This document shows positions 14,960 through 28,819 of a stretch of 64,000 bases of DNA, piece by piece (position 1 is the first letter of the stretch; every line of letters starts with the position of its first letter). Below the pieces are notes generated by a model that made no database searches, was not told where the DNA came from, and saw only the letters and a list, made by a program, of their open reading frames with translations. Source of the stretch: Rotaria socialis (taxonomy: Eukaryota); the NCBI GenBank assembly GCA_905331295.1, contig CAJNYD010000407.1:186001-250000 (forward strand). Reading direction: 5' to 3'. The translations under genes and the position numbers were made by a program.

Positions 14960-17226
14960 TCAAGGTAATTGCAAATAATTTTTTTCTGCGTAATAGATTT
15001 CAATACTATCGTAAATTTGTTTGATTGTTTTTATAAATATCTTATATTGTTCTATCATCTCCGATTTATGTCCATGAAAGATTACCTCTTCCAATTGTTT
15101 ACGCGATGGCAATGCATGAAATCCAACTTTGACTGTTGTACGAATAAGAAATCCATCTAAAGAAAATCAATACTTTTTTATGAAGCCTAATCATACAAAT
15201 TATCCGTTGAATTGGATTTAAATTACTAGTATCTAATAGAAATACATTCAAACTGTATATTTACGCTATAAATGTTTTTAAAGCTGACTACGTGAATCTG
15301 AATCGTTTGATTATTCTTCTCTAAATAGTTTGTCTTTTCGGACAACAAGAAAATTTCACCAAAAATAATGAGTGATTTTTTTGATGAGTTTTGCTTCACT
15401 AAACAGGCCCGATTACAACTAGAATTTTCATAAAATTTATTGTATCTCTATGATTTATCTACAAAATTAAATTTCAACTTAAAAATATAAAGAAATTTGT
15501 ATTACTATATAAAATTTTCGAATATATTCAAAGTTTGAACATCAATATCTAAAATTATGCTATGAGAAAAAAAAGGAATTCTATTCATATATTTTTATTT
15601 GATGTTAGTGATCTAGTTAGATTTGGTTTCAATATAATTCTCAATTCTGCCACTCGAGTTGGCTACTGAAAAATAAAAGATCTCTACTAAAGTCAAACGA
15701 TGAAATAGTTAATCTTTCTTTTTTATGTACTTAAAAAGTGAGTACACTCTAGATTCGATCAGTGTGTCCGTCCGGCCGTTAACACGATAACTCTTGAAAG
15801 CCTCATGCAATTGTCATGAAATTTTGTACACAGAATGATCTCATCAATATCTCAGTCGAGTTCGAAGATGAAAACAATTACACAAAAAATATCCTTATTT
15901 TCTATGTGAATAGTGACCTATTCTATTTTATTATAATTTTTTTCTCAAACGAAAAGATTTATCATAATCAAAATAATTCTTCAACTGTCATGTACCATTA
16001 GATAGGGAATTTTATGGGCTGCAAGGTGATGCTAAATTATTAGGGTAAACAGGTTACTCACAAGATTTCCTCTGTATCACAGTGTCGAAAAACTCATATA
16101 TCTTGATAATTTGTCGGTGTGATATTTGTTTGTTTTTCATATGAGCAATACCAATCTTTTTAGAGTAAATAGAACTCGTCAAGAGCTATAAAATGATGCA
16201 ACGTAATAAGGGTAGATATGCTGCGCCTAGTATTTCTTCAATATCACATTTGTGAATAAATGTGGAAACATCGGATTTGAATCCGAGTGTTATGTATACT
16301 TCAAAAAGTAAAACTAATTGATGACAGATTGATTTTGATCAAACTATCTAAAAAAATGAAAAACAAAGTGAATATACCTTTTCACTGTTTGAGGTACACA
16401 TAACACTCTGATTTAAATCCGAGGTTTTCGCATTTATTTACTATATATTTTTGAGTTAAACTTACGATGATGATATAGTGTTGAATCATAAGCACTTGCT
16501 GCAATTGCTGCCGTACTATCGGATGCTGGCCGATCACTTAGACCTCGAAGAAATTCTTCAATAAAAATTAAAGCACGATGAAGTCTTAATAAGGTTCGAG
16601 CAAAATTATTTGAATTGGTTTTGATTAAATTGTTGGCCGTTTCATAATCAATAGCTTTCTGTATTGTATCAAAATGTTTTATATCACCTTTATCTTTATC
16701 GACAAAATCTTGTAAAATAGTTAATTTTTGTACAACATCATCTTTAACAAATTTGAATACTATGCCCAGTTGATCAAAGAATCTATTAGGAAAAAACAAG
16801 AGAGTCATATTTTCTTAACGGTAAAAATTAACAGTAATAAATTAGATTAGTTCTTCTTCCTAATGTTTTATTTACTTGTACTTTTTTTGACAATGTGAAA
16901 TATATGAATTCGTCATGAAAAGAAACTTACTTTGACAATTCTCGATAGCCATTTATATATTCTTGTGTACCAATGGGTGATTTTGGATTTTGAGATTCCT
17001 TTAATGCAGTAATAAATGACTGATAAACACTTTGTACATCAAATCCACCGGATGATGAATAAGTTGTCCTGACAACAGGTTCAATGATATCAACTGATTG
17101 AGGTTCCCTTTCGCCTATTGATGAACTTCTTGTTATACTATCAGTACGTAAACGAAACGGTTGATTTAAAGCAGTACCATTGATTTCTGGTGTATCGACA
17201 GGTATTATAGCATCCATTTGCTTCAT
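14960..17226 (-). CDS. CPTP: Glycolipid transfer protein family, ceramide-1-phosphate transfer protein-like
   Basis: Exons 17226-16931, 16782-16466, 15156-14960. Motifs FFDQLGIVFKFVKDDVVQK, RTLLRLHRALIF, AYDSTLYHHHGFLIR...LPSR and C-terminal YYAEKNYLQLP*. The last exon is not in the ORF track and was translated by hand. Confidence 0.9.
15721..15872 (+). mobile_element. Helentron/DINE-1-like non-autonomous element fragment in CPTP intron
   Basis: T-rich start, short IR gtact...agtac, ctagattcg, GTCC microsatellite seed (gtgtgtccgtccg), then aacacgataactc...atgaaattttgtacacag. Assignment is by recalled resemblance only. Confidence 0.5.
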
Positions 17227-20200
17227 AAAATTATAAAAACGTATGTAAAATTGAAATAACAAAAACAGAAAAACAACACTTGACAAATAAACAAGTAGTT
17301 AATTCTATTTTTCTGTATGTATATAATCAATAATTGAAAATATATAATAGCAAAAAAAAGCAGTTCAAATTAGCTAATGACTCAAATGATCTAGATTCAA
17401 AGGTTCTCGTGTATCGTGACTAGGATAAACGATAATCATGAGGTTGACTGATCATCAGCTTTATTTTGTAGCCAACAGAAAAATATTGTCTAGATAGATG
17501 GCATACATTTCCAATTCAATGGCATACGGCAAAAATAGAACACACTGATATATAATATAATAGTGTATTAAAATATGTATGTGGAAAGAAAACGTTTGAA
17601 ATTTAATTAATGCCATTGAAATCTAAAATTTAGTCTAAAAATATTGTTAACATGGTTCACGTATTATAAACAAAGAAGTTTTTTGTTTGTACTAGGCATT
17701 TAAAAAATAAAAGCGATATTTTTAATGTCAAATAAATATTTTTCCCTTAAATTCTCTGTATTTCTTTTCGCATTTTCTCTATAAGGCCTGAAAACATATT
17801 AATATCTTGAAATGGAAATTAGATAAAGTTGTTTCTTACATATTTTTTAACGCTTCACTTAAGAATGGTTTATTGAGTCAATAATGATATATATATATAT
17901 ATATACTTATTCGTGCACAGTTACATTCTTCTGCTATTCTTACTTTTTATTAGAGAGACGAAAACAATTATTGTGTTCTACAAGCTTACCACCGATTTCC
18001 TGTTCTCAAAGCTTGTTGTGAAGGAAATGAGTAGATTATCAGGTTTAAGAGAAAATATTTTCCTGACTGAAATAAATTAGAAATCCTCTGAAAGAGATTT
18101 CCAACAATTAAATGTAAATATATTTACAACAATAGTAGATAAAAACAGCGAATACTATTCAGAATGTTATGATAGCAATCTATTTTAAGAGGTTGATCTA
18201 CTTTTAAGCTATAATTCTTCTTTTCTTTTAGAAAGGTATATACGTATTTACATATATTATTAAGATAGATTGGGTAAAAGATAAAATAGTCAACAGCTAG
18301 TATAGTTTTTCTTTTTTTTCCATAGAATCGAAGATAATAGAAGAACACTTGCTATGTCTATTAGATCAGTCAGTTCGTCGAAACCATATAAAACTAAATC
18401 ATTGAATAGAATGAGTAATCATGCACCCTTATTTTCATGATAAATAGGATAAAGATTTTTTTCAAGCAATGTAAAGAATCATTCAGCATTTGTTTTTTCA
18501 TTTCTCGCCGCTCTTTCCTTTTGTTAGCTGGATTGTGTCAGTAATATTATTTTGATGTTCTATATTGCATTGAATACTGTCTTTTTATTTATTAGTAGTA
18601 AGTTGTAATATAAGATAAGATAAGATATATTCGTTCAATGAGATTTAGTTGTTTTTGTGTTTCTATATGCCCTTTTTCACTGATTATATTATCACTTGTT
18701 TTTCTTGTGTTTTATCTTAAAAACTTTGCCCTTATAGTGATAATTATAATAACAAGAAAGAGAACGTCAACAAAAACAAATAGCCACAATTCTAAGTATA
18801 TTTTTGCTAGGAAACATCCATATTTTTTTTTTATCATGGATCAACAAAACTTGCCGTCTTCATCTAATGATGTACACTCGGCCTTATCTTATTTCTCATC
18901 AATAAACGATTCCATTCATTCCGAGCAGCTTGTCATAGCTCGAATCAAGACCTTCTTTTTCTTCTGTCTCTTTCTGTTTCTACGTTGGTTGCTGCTACTG
19001 CTGCTGTTGTTGTTGCTGTTGTTATTGTCGTCATCGTTGCTAGTAGTATTATTATTACTATTATTCATAGCAATGATGAGCAGTATAGACAGACGCATTA
19101 TTTCCATACGATTTTGGATGATTTTCTGAGGACAATAGTATAACTGACAAACTATTAACCTTTTCGTTAACACTCTTAAACATTGATCACTATCCTTAAC
19201 ACGTTTATATTATCGATCTAGGTTCAGCGAACATAGTTTCATGTTACAATACACATTATAATGTATATATATACATTTAATACTAAGAGTTCGAAGCATA
19301 CATATCTTATTACTTTAATATGAGTAAGATCTTGTAAACGAAAAATAATGGGATAGCGAAACAGATGAGTATGGTACGCATTTATTTGTATTTCCATATT
19401 ATTTCCAAGCATATGTTAAGTATCAACTGAATTCAAAATAAAAAGACCTTCACAACAAAAAAACAATATACATATACACGGAGAGAGAAAGAGAGGTGTA
19501 TGTAAATATGACTAATGTGATTAATTAGTTGATTACTTACAGCCGTTTGATATTTACATGTAATACCTTCATTTTACCTTTCTTTCCTGTTCTTTTTCAT
19601 TCATTTTTTTCGGATAAAAAAAATACTTCCTCCATTTTCCGGGTATGTCTCTTTCTTTCACTTTCTATCATTTATTTAGTATTTCTCCGAGACACTGAGT
19701 GTGTGAACGGAAAAACACTGAGCTCTCCCGTTCTTTCACTTCTTTGCTATTTGTTTTTCATATTTCTCATAACAAACAACCCGACATGAGCTCTCTATTG
19801 CCGTCTTCTGTTATTACGATACTTACTTACGTTTTCTCTTTCTCATCATAATCACTATCATCACCATCGATAGCATGATAAATATATATATATATATATT
19901 CTATGAGTAGTATAGAAGCAGAAAAAGAAAGCAAAGAGAAACAGGCGATCTCTTTCCTGCAATAATGACATACCAGACGACAGTGAAAAAGAGAAGATCA
20001 TTATATTGCATTTTCCTGTTCTATCGTAGATATTCAATTCATTTGTTTTTTTTTCCAAATAGTTCGATTACAATATATTTATCAACATTATTTTCCCATT
20101 TTTTTTCTCGGCGATAATAAGAAAAAATTGTGAGACGGTGGTAATAGACGCATTGAATTTATTTACTATTCAGTTCCCTTGATGGTTCTTTATTATGGCC

Positions 20201-20268
20201 TGTTGGCTCTTGAGACAGCCAACAACACGGTCGCTACAGCCGCTGCTGCAAAAACAACAACAAAAACA

Positions 20269-21634
20269 ATGCCTGAAATAGCATATGATCGAACAAATCT
20301 ATCACGGAAACAGAAATATTTATCAAATTCAATTGGAAAAATCCCTTCATCCTCACTATCATCATCAAATTCATGGATTTATACAGAAGATTTAAGGAAA
20401 CGCTTTGAAGAACGTTATGCGGACTATCGTTATGTATTTGTACCGGTTTATATTGATCGTAAATCGGCTGCTCATAGTCTTAGTACCACAGCTATTCTAT
20501 CTCAAAATGATCACGAAAATTCTTGGATTTATTCAAGATCACTTCGCGATCATTTATTCTATTCAACATCAAAAATGTCTCTACCATTAACAACGAATCG
20601 ATCATCATCAGCTAGTTGTGTAACAAATCATGGATTTACACGTGATGAATTGCCGACTAGAAAAACTTTAAAATCAAGATTTTTCAAACGTCTATCATCG
20701 ACACAAGACAAAACGGCAACAACGAATTTGTCATTGCCATCGTTACCATTTAGTTCATTCACTTCATCAATATCACCGTTTTCTACAAATAATTTAGTAA
20801 AACATCGTACAAGTGATGTTGTTGAAGAAGAAGATGATGAAGGTGTCGATGATGAAAATCATTCGGCCCCACTTATCAAACATGGGTAAGTTTGCCAATA
20901 TTTAAATAGAAAACGAGACAAACTACTTTTTTTCTATCTAATTGACACATACTTTATTGTTGACATCAGAATCGATAATACAATGAAAAATAAATATTTT
21001 CTCAATACATACTATATTATATAGTTATCTCTCCGTACGGCAAGAAAAGAAATAGAATCTGGTGAAGCTGTATCGTCGACAATTTATATAGAATGCATTA
21101 TATCTACTTCAATCATTGTATGAGATTCATATGAATGCATTTTTTATGCTAAAATGAATGATTAGAGCAAGTATATAAAAATAGAATAAATTAATATTGA
21201 GAAATCTTTGAATATTAGTTTAATAAGGTTTCACAAGAGCGAAACATTCATATTATCATCGAGCAGAAATTGAAGTATTCAATCTCTTTTCTTTTTCTAT
21301 TATTAAATCTAGTTCTATGGTACCATCATCATCATCAATGTCACGTACAATAGCTGTATCATCTACACGCAGTAATACGATGATCAATCCAACAACTACT
21401 GATGCATTACCATTATCGACTATGCCTTCATCGAAGACAAAACTATCAGTAAAACGTCCTACTAAACAGAACAATAAATTGACACGTCTACGCTCGTTTT
21501 TCTTCAAGTCATTTTCGCCATCGTCTTCCTTTTCTCATACTCAACAACAGCAGCAGCAGCAGCAGCAGCAACAACAACAACAACAGACAACATTATCATC
21601 CTCGTCGCTGGCTAATCGAATCCCGAGGACATGA
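20269..21634 (+). CDS. Uncharacterised Ser/Thr-rich protein with polyQ tract
   Basis: Exons 20269-20885 and 21313-21634 join in frame (GG|gtaag...ctag|T). No recognisable domain. Confidence 0.65.
21542..21586 (+). repeat. (CAA/CAG)n coding polyglutamine tract
   Basis: Directly visible run of Gln codons in exon 2 of the orphan gene. Confidence 0.9.
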
Positions 21635-21956
21635 GTGTACGTGTGTACGCACATGAGAAATAAAGAATAGAAGAGAAAAAAAAAGAACTTTCTTGTAGTG
21701 GCTAATTGAATCCATCTATTCATATATCCTCGTTCTTTCATAACGCAACATACACGATAAACTAAACTAATCGTGAGAGAAGCAAAAGAATGCTTTTAAT
21801 TTTAATGGCAACTCTTCATTTAATAGACATGATGATGATGCATTTATTATTAACGTTTTCTTTTCATTTAAAAACTAGAATGTTCATCCATAAAATGGTA
21901 ATGGCGAAAAAAAGAAACAAAAAAATTATTTTTTTCTGTTCATTTCATTGTAAGAT

Positions 21957-24901
21957 TTAAGCCGTTTTTTTAGCTTTAACAATTTGTACTATATAACGAT
22001 AACGTGCTAAACATTCTTCACGCGTTCTTCCAGGTATACAAGCAGCTATTTGTTCCCATCGATCAGTACCTGGTGTATTTTTTGGTATATTTTTTAATGC
22101 ACATTCAAGTAGTTGTTGCTCAGCCTGTGACCAATCAGAAATAGATTCGAATTGTGATCGTTCAGTAATTAAATTTTGATCGATCGTTACTGTTGATGAA
22201 AATGATGAATGACTGTCTTGAACAAGATTACTATTATTATTATTATTTGAACCAACTGTATTTTGTATTTGTTTAGCCATATCTATGACTTGTGGTACGG
22301 GACGATCAATAACATCTGCAATTTTTTCCCATCGTCTAGGCGTTCCAGGTGGAAATCGAACAATAGTTTTACATAGTAATTGTTTTTCTTCGTCTGACCA
22401 TGAACGATTAGAATTTCGAGATTCTGATGATTGATTATGTTCGGATGATAATGGTGAAGTTGCTGTTAGATAGGACACAACTGGCACATTTCTACTAGCA
22501 GCCATTTCTGGTATAATATCATTTATCCGAACGACAGGAGATTTTTTCGTTGTTCGACAATCAGGATCTTCGTCATCTGCAGAAACACACTCGATTGATG
22601 GAGATTGTCGACGATAGCTTATAATTGTATAGAGAAGTTCTTTTAAAAATGGTATTAAAAATTGATGATTGACAAGAAAAAATGCAAATTTGATTGGTAA
22701 AATATCAGTCAATTGAGGTGATGGAACAGCTATATGAAGAAGAAAAAAAAAGAAATTTCCTAGTTAAAGTTTATTTACATTTTTAGAATTTCACACATTC
22801 TATGAGAATACGAACTCTTGAAAAACTTTTATGGCGAATAATTATTTTCTTGTGACATGATTTGATATAATATGACTAGAGATGTCACATTTTAATTTAA
22901 AAAAAATTATTAAATCGAGAAATAAATTTTCAAAAATTTAAATTTTAAATAAATAAAATATTTTTAAATGAAAAGTTAAATTTTAAATAAATTTAAATTT
23001 AATTGTTTGCCATTCAAATTAGCTAAATTTTGAAAACTAATAGATAAATATACTTTTTGACTTGATTGCTATTATTTCAAGTCAAATTTGAGTATGTTTT
23101 GTGTTTTCTAAAGTTAAAACTAGTCATTCTTCTATGAATTGTGCTATTAAATATATTTTTATTAGTATCCCAGTATTTTGAAGAAGAAAGATGACGGATT
23201 CTGCATAATCTGTAGAGAAATTTTGACAGTTTTGAACAAATATTAACCTAAAGTTCTAGGTTCTCCTCTCATTTAATATTTACTATTATTAAAGTCATGT
23301 ATTTCCCTCATAGTAATGATGAGCATTCATCCAAACAATTTATTAAAAGTTTAAATTTAACTTGAGAGAATTAAATTTAATATATAAATTAAATTAACTT
23401 TTCGCTAAATTAAATTAAAATAAAATAAACTGTAAATTGGCACCTCTAGATATGACCTTAGGAGTACTTTTATATAATGAAATAACTAAATGTTTTCTTT
23501 AACTTCCCATGTAATATTTTTTTCGATCAAATAAAATTCCACCATTATTCAACAACTTAGTTTCAACAGTTATGTTTTCTTAATGAGTTTCTGTCAGAAT
23601 TCTGGCACTTAAATATTGGTTGTAATTAAAACTCTAAATTTTGATAAAAACCTCAGTAAATCGATGAAACATAAAATAGTTCATATCGAACTTTTCATGA
23701 ATAGATCAAGAAGAGTATCTTTGTCTTTAGAACACTTCATGACAAATTCAATAATCCAATAATTAATACTAGCTATGAATAGGTCTGAATCGAACGTCAA
23801 TGTGACATTGAGTTCTCTTAGATCATTGCTTGAGTTCTTGAAAAACCCTGTTTAACCAGTGGAGCAAATATATGTCCCTATCAATGATCTAGTCGGTAAG
23901 CTATAGGATAGTTGTTTCAAGACAAATAGCTACTCATAATTTGTTCGAGTTCATTTCATGGCTAGCCGCAAAAAATGTTTGAAAATAATTCTTTTCGTAT
24001 ATTTGTTAATTACACTCAATCGTAGTGATTTCTACATAATAAGAATGAAGTTTTTAATTAAAACTAAGCTTGCATCTTTCATTCTTCAAATAGAAATTTA
24101 TCAATAATTCTACTGTAATTTGACTGAGATTAATCTTTAAAATGGTCGATAATTCCTTAGACGAGATGATTTTCTCCCCTTTGATTACCTGGTATGATTC
24201 GAGCTAATTCTTCGTCAATCATGTTTTGATCGATATCTCTAATTTTATTCGATTTTTTCATTTTTTTTTCTAATCTTTTGCGAGCATCTACCGACTTTTC
24301 ATTCTGAAATATATATAAAAAAAAAAGAAAAACCATAAGAATTTTTACGTGTAAATAAATTGGTCTTACTTCACCATAGTTAAACTGGACTCAAAATATA
24401 CAGCCCAAAGAACTAAATAGTGGCCAATAGTAAAAATTAACGTTAAAATTGTTAATATTTCCCAAGCACGCAATTTTTTAGCTCGTCGATAGTAAAATAT
24501 TGGTTGATTCCATTTTGGCAATCCTTCTACTAGTATACGGTCATATCGAGTACGACGTTGTTCATCTTTCAAGATTTCATAAACAGCAACAAGATGACGA
24601 AATTTTTGTTCAGCATCTGCCTCATCAGATTTATCTGGATGCCAAAGAAGTGAAAGTTTTCTATAATATAAAACAACCAGAAACGAAATTAAAAAAGACA
24701 TGCATCAAATAGCTTATTTTACCTGTATGCTTTTTTAATTTCACTCAATTCAGCTGTTTTGTCTACGCCAATAAAATCATAAAAATTTGTATTCACTCCA
24801 AGTTCTTCAACCAAATCAAATAAATCAAGTTCATAATTTTCCCAGGCACTTATAAAATCGATTCGAATAACCAATAAAAAAAGCAGTACGCACCATTTCA
24901 T
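21957..24901 (-). CDS. DNAJC1: DnaJ homolog subfamily C member 1 (ERdj1/MTJ1)
   Basis: Exons 24901-24723, 24660-24375, 24303-24189, 22729-21957. Signal peptide, J-domain with HPD (YRKLSLLWHPDK), TM helix and two SANT/Myb repeats (WSDEEK...FPPGTPRRWEKIA; WSQAEQQLLE...DRWEQIAACIPGRTREEC). Confidence 0.95.
22877..23448. mobile_element. hAT-like MITE in DNAJC1 intron
   Basis: Imperfect TIR tagagatgtcacattt / aaattggcacctcta; 8-bp flanks aatatgac (22869-22876) and gatatgac (23449-23456), 7/8 identical; AT-rich subterminal tttaaattt repeats. Confidence 0.7.
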
Positions 24902-25204
24902 CTGCAATCAAAATTTTCATTTATTTAGTTTTGTATATTTTTATCCAAAGACACAAAAAAGAATTCGAGCTGATGTAAATATAATATGCAAAAAAAACAC
25001 ACAACAATAAGAGTTAAATGACTAGTACACGATCAGAACATGTAAAATATTTACATTTCTCTTTGTGAAAACTGACTACATACACACATGCACACTGTTT
25101 AATTATTTTATTTTTTGTTTCACGAGACAACATTCAGATCAAAAGTATTTTTTGTAAATTAAAACGAGAGTTTTTTGAAGTTAAGTTAAATTAAATTATT
25201 ATTT

Positions 25205-28200
25205 TTATTTATTCGCCATTGTTTGACCACCGTCACCTTCATCATCACTTGATTCTGAAGCACGAAGATTATCATGATGATGAATACTTTTTAAATTGGC
25301 TTCACGAAGTTGAAGAACACTTTCAGCTGGTACAGGATTTCCATTGGAATCCACAATCATTGGTTTTATAATACCATGACTATTAAAATAAATCAAAATT
25401 AAAATACCAAAAAACTCAAAACAAACAGTGTTTACTTTATAGCTTTATCTAAATTATTGACAAGTTTTTCAACTTCAACTATTTTTCGTTCTTCAGACCA
25501 ATCTTTCATAGGATCTTCATGTCTCATTAAATTGGCCCGGCCTGTAACTGGATCAATACTAAAAGAAAGGAAGACATATTAATTTTAAACAAAGTTTTTC
25601 AAGGGGCAAAAGCGGATTTTTGGGATGTTCAAAATCCCAAAATCCCATAAATTGAAAAGCATTTCCCCCTCTGTGAATGACGTAGTTTCGACCTGAAATT
25701 TTTCCCATATATAGGTTTCATGGTCCATAAAAGATCCTAAAAGTTTCAACTCGAATAAATGTTTCCTTTGTAAAATATTGAATTTTCAAAAAAACTGGAC
25801 TTTCTGACCGTGCCGTGAAATGAGTATTTCTTGCGCATTCATTATCTTGAGAAGGAAACGTCTGTTTGCGCTGAAAATTCTAGTACATTCTAAGAATCAT
25901 GAGACTTATATATGGAAAAAAATTCAGATGGAAATTCCATCATTCACGTTTTGGATTTTGGGATTTTCAAAATCCCAAAAAAAATCCCAAAATCCCAAAA
26001 AAAATCCCAAAATCCCAAAATCCCAAATCCGCCTTTCCCCCCTGATGTTCTTTCATGAAAAGAAATTTTCTATACCCATATTGATCACGTATTTTTTTAT
26101 AACTTTCCGTGTCAGATTCATCTGAATCACTGGAATATTGCTCTTTATTTGCATTATACTGTGGACCAAGTAAACCAAAGTCATATAAAAGGCCAGCTGC
26201 ATTTCCGTAACCTGTATATTTAATTAAACGATCGACTAAAACAAATAATTGACAATTAAAGTATTTTTCTGTATTTTTTCTACATACCACTTTCTTTACA
26301 AAGGACGAATAGTAACTTTGCTGAAAGAGTTTTTAATTCAGGACTTGGATTTGTCATCATACGTGTTAATCTAAAAAGTTTACATTGAGAAAAAGAACGT
26401 CAATTCGAATGATGCTTTTCTGTTTTCAATCATAATTTACTTATTCCGTAATTTTTGTCCTTCAGTTGGTAAATGTACAACTTCATCACTCAACGGAGGT
26501 AAGATAAATTGTCGACAAAATTTTCTAATCGTTCGATTTGATTGACACATAATGAGAAAAAGTTGAAGAACTGGTAACAAAGCTTCTTTTGCATTTTTTG
26601 TTCCCTAAACGAACAAAATCTTTGTTATTTCGAGTCATTATTTTTCTTTGCCATGTTTACTTCGCTTTTAGTGATGCGATGATCAAGAAAACGTAGAATG
26701 ATATTAATAGCTTCCATATTTTTTCCGTTATGCTCACCATTACCATTATCATCTTCTAATACAGCCGGTGAAAGTAACTCTTCGAAACAAGTTTTTGGCA
26801 TATTTGTTAAAAGATTAACAATATGGCTAAATATTAAAATGATTGAAATAAATATCGAGTCAGTAACATTCGATATCTTACTTTTGTAGTTCCATTTGTT
26901 TTTCATCATTCGGGCCGTAGCATAAAAGTAATTCGCGAAGAATGCTAACTAATCTCATCAAATGAGCTTCTTCTTCTTCTTCTTGAATAGCGTACGAATG
27001 TGTTAAATTTGGTAAATCCACAGTTAAATTATAGAGTGTTTTTAAAATTTCAATTAAATAATCAATATCATCATTTGATAAAGTTACACCTTGAAAAAAC
27101 AATAAAAGTACTTATTTTTTATTTAATATTTAAATAGATTAGTTTCATCTGACTCTATCTTTCGAATAGATTTCATAAGTAGATTATTGAGTAGTTTAGC
27201 AACGTATTACAGATAATACTTTGATAAGCATAAACACAAAATCGAAGCAAAACAAATTAATCTGTTTGAAATATATAATCTAGTTACAGACGTATGAAAC
27301 CAAGTTTTATTGATCTCGGTAGTTGTCAATCTTTCATAGCTTATCTTCTACTAGATGATTTATAAAGTAATTAACTTAAAAATCATATAAATAACTCAAC
27401 TGAAATCTTAAGTTTCAATTCGGACCACATTTGTCTTTTAGTTCTGATAAAATTCTAAATTTGGGTGTTAAATATATGTAATGCTAGTTAATCATTAATC
27501 GAATCAGTACTATTTTACAATAGTATGACAGCAAGACCCATCAGATACAACGATATATAGAACACATGCCCAACAGTGCTTTATCCTGTATGAACACCAT
27601 GTCCCTCCGAATGGCAGATTTTCCCTTCTGGAGTTATTCACAATTGCAACATGTACTGTGTTTTTGTGCTCTCAAACATAGTTGTTTGCCCTCCTCGAGA
27701 TTTTGAATCGCTCGTTTAGAAAAGAAAAATCTTGATAAAATATTAATATTCTATTAACTATCTGAATTAACTCTATAAACATCAAAAAAAGGCAATTTCA
27801 TTTTTCTATCTTCCATTGATCTATAAGTAATGTCAAATGAATTCACATGATTGAAAAAGATTCATATAAGCTGTAAAGAATCTCTCTTATGAAGAATACG
27901 TAATGCCTTCGCAAAAAAAAACACAACCTGAATCTGCTGCAGCAGCAACAGGTTCACTTCTAGACAACATAATTTGATTGATGATTTCAAATAAATAAGA
28001 AAGACCATGAAATTTTTCTCGAACACGTTGTCTAAAAACAAAAAGTATAGAAATTTCATAATTGAAAACATAGAAAAACTTACCGTATATCGGCATTTAA
28101 CGCAGTTAAAAGAAAAAGCATTCTCATATCGAAAAATCTGATGCCTTTATCTAATTTTGTTGCTGTTGTTTCTTTAATACGTTGAGTGATAGCATCAGCA

Positions 28201-28819
28201 ACTCCACTAACACTGTAAAATTTTTGTACTGCGGGACTCATATAAATTAAATTTGACATGCATTTTTCGGCTTCAATGACATCTAAGTTTTTTTTTTTAA
28301 TTGAAAAGAAAAATAATTTTTTAAATAGATCATATTTTATTTTTACTTTGTACATCTTTTGGATTAACATCAACTTTGCTACATTCTAAACCAGCTAACT
28401 TTTGAAGAGGTTCAAGCACTGATGATCCCGTAAGTGCCTAAATTTATTAAATAATTGACTAGTAAGAAAAGAACAAAATTAAAATTCTAAATCAATTACA
28501 TCAAGTCCTTCACGTTCTCGGGTTAATAAACGTAATGTTTTTAAACATAAATTAATTGAATTTGTATTGAATGAACGTACACGTGTAAATAACTCCATAA
28601 CTAGCCGATGTTTTTTATCCAAATCAAGTTCCGGAAATGTAAAACTATTTGCATTCTACAAAAAAATAAGCGAAAATATAAATTAACATGAAAAGCAATA
28701 AGCACTGGAACATTTTTGTTTCTTTCACTTACTTTTTCATAAAATTGCTCAACTAATTGCAAATAAAGATCATCAGATAGCGTATCAAGTTTATTGAAAT
28801 CGTCATCTGACGAGGCCAT
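25205..28819 (-). CDS. RIC8: Synembryn / Ric-8 G-alpha GEF and chaperone
   Basis: Multi-exon. Motifs [84 protein letters not shown]. Confidence 0.95.
25600..26044. mobile_element. hAT-like MITE with (AAAATCCC)n subterminal repeats in RIC8 intron
   Basis: TIR caaggggcaaaagcggatttttgggat / atcccaaatccgcctttcccccctg; flanks aagttttt and atgttctt (6/8); second internal IR ctgaaatttttcccatatataggtttcatg / catgagacttatatatggaaaaaaattcag. Confidence 0.8.

Noticed and set aside
18598..18610. 13-nt reverse-complement match (gtaagttgtaata) to the bdelloid spliced-leader sequence as I recall it
   Set aside because: Only partial, with no adjacent donor or Sm-site context; plausible by chance in AT-rich DNA. 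No SL RNA gene was seen.
18638..19173. Overlapping ORFs with poly-Leu (plus) and poly-Asn/Ser (minus)
   Set aside because: Produced by a trinucleotide low-complexity tract; no splice or homology support.
25955..26030. (AAAATCCC)n as telomere or CRISPR-like array
   Set aside because: No unique spacers; it lies within MITE termini in an intron.
27540..27720. GC-richer island in RIC8 intron as possible nested gene or pseudogene
   Set aside because: The minus-strand frames I translated contain stops; no recognisable product.
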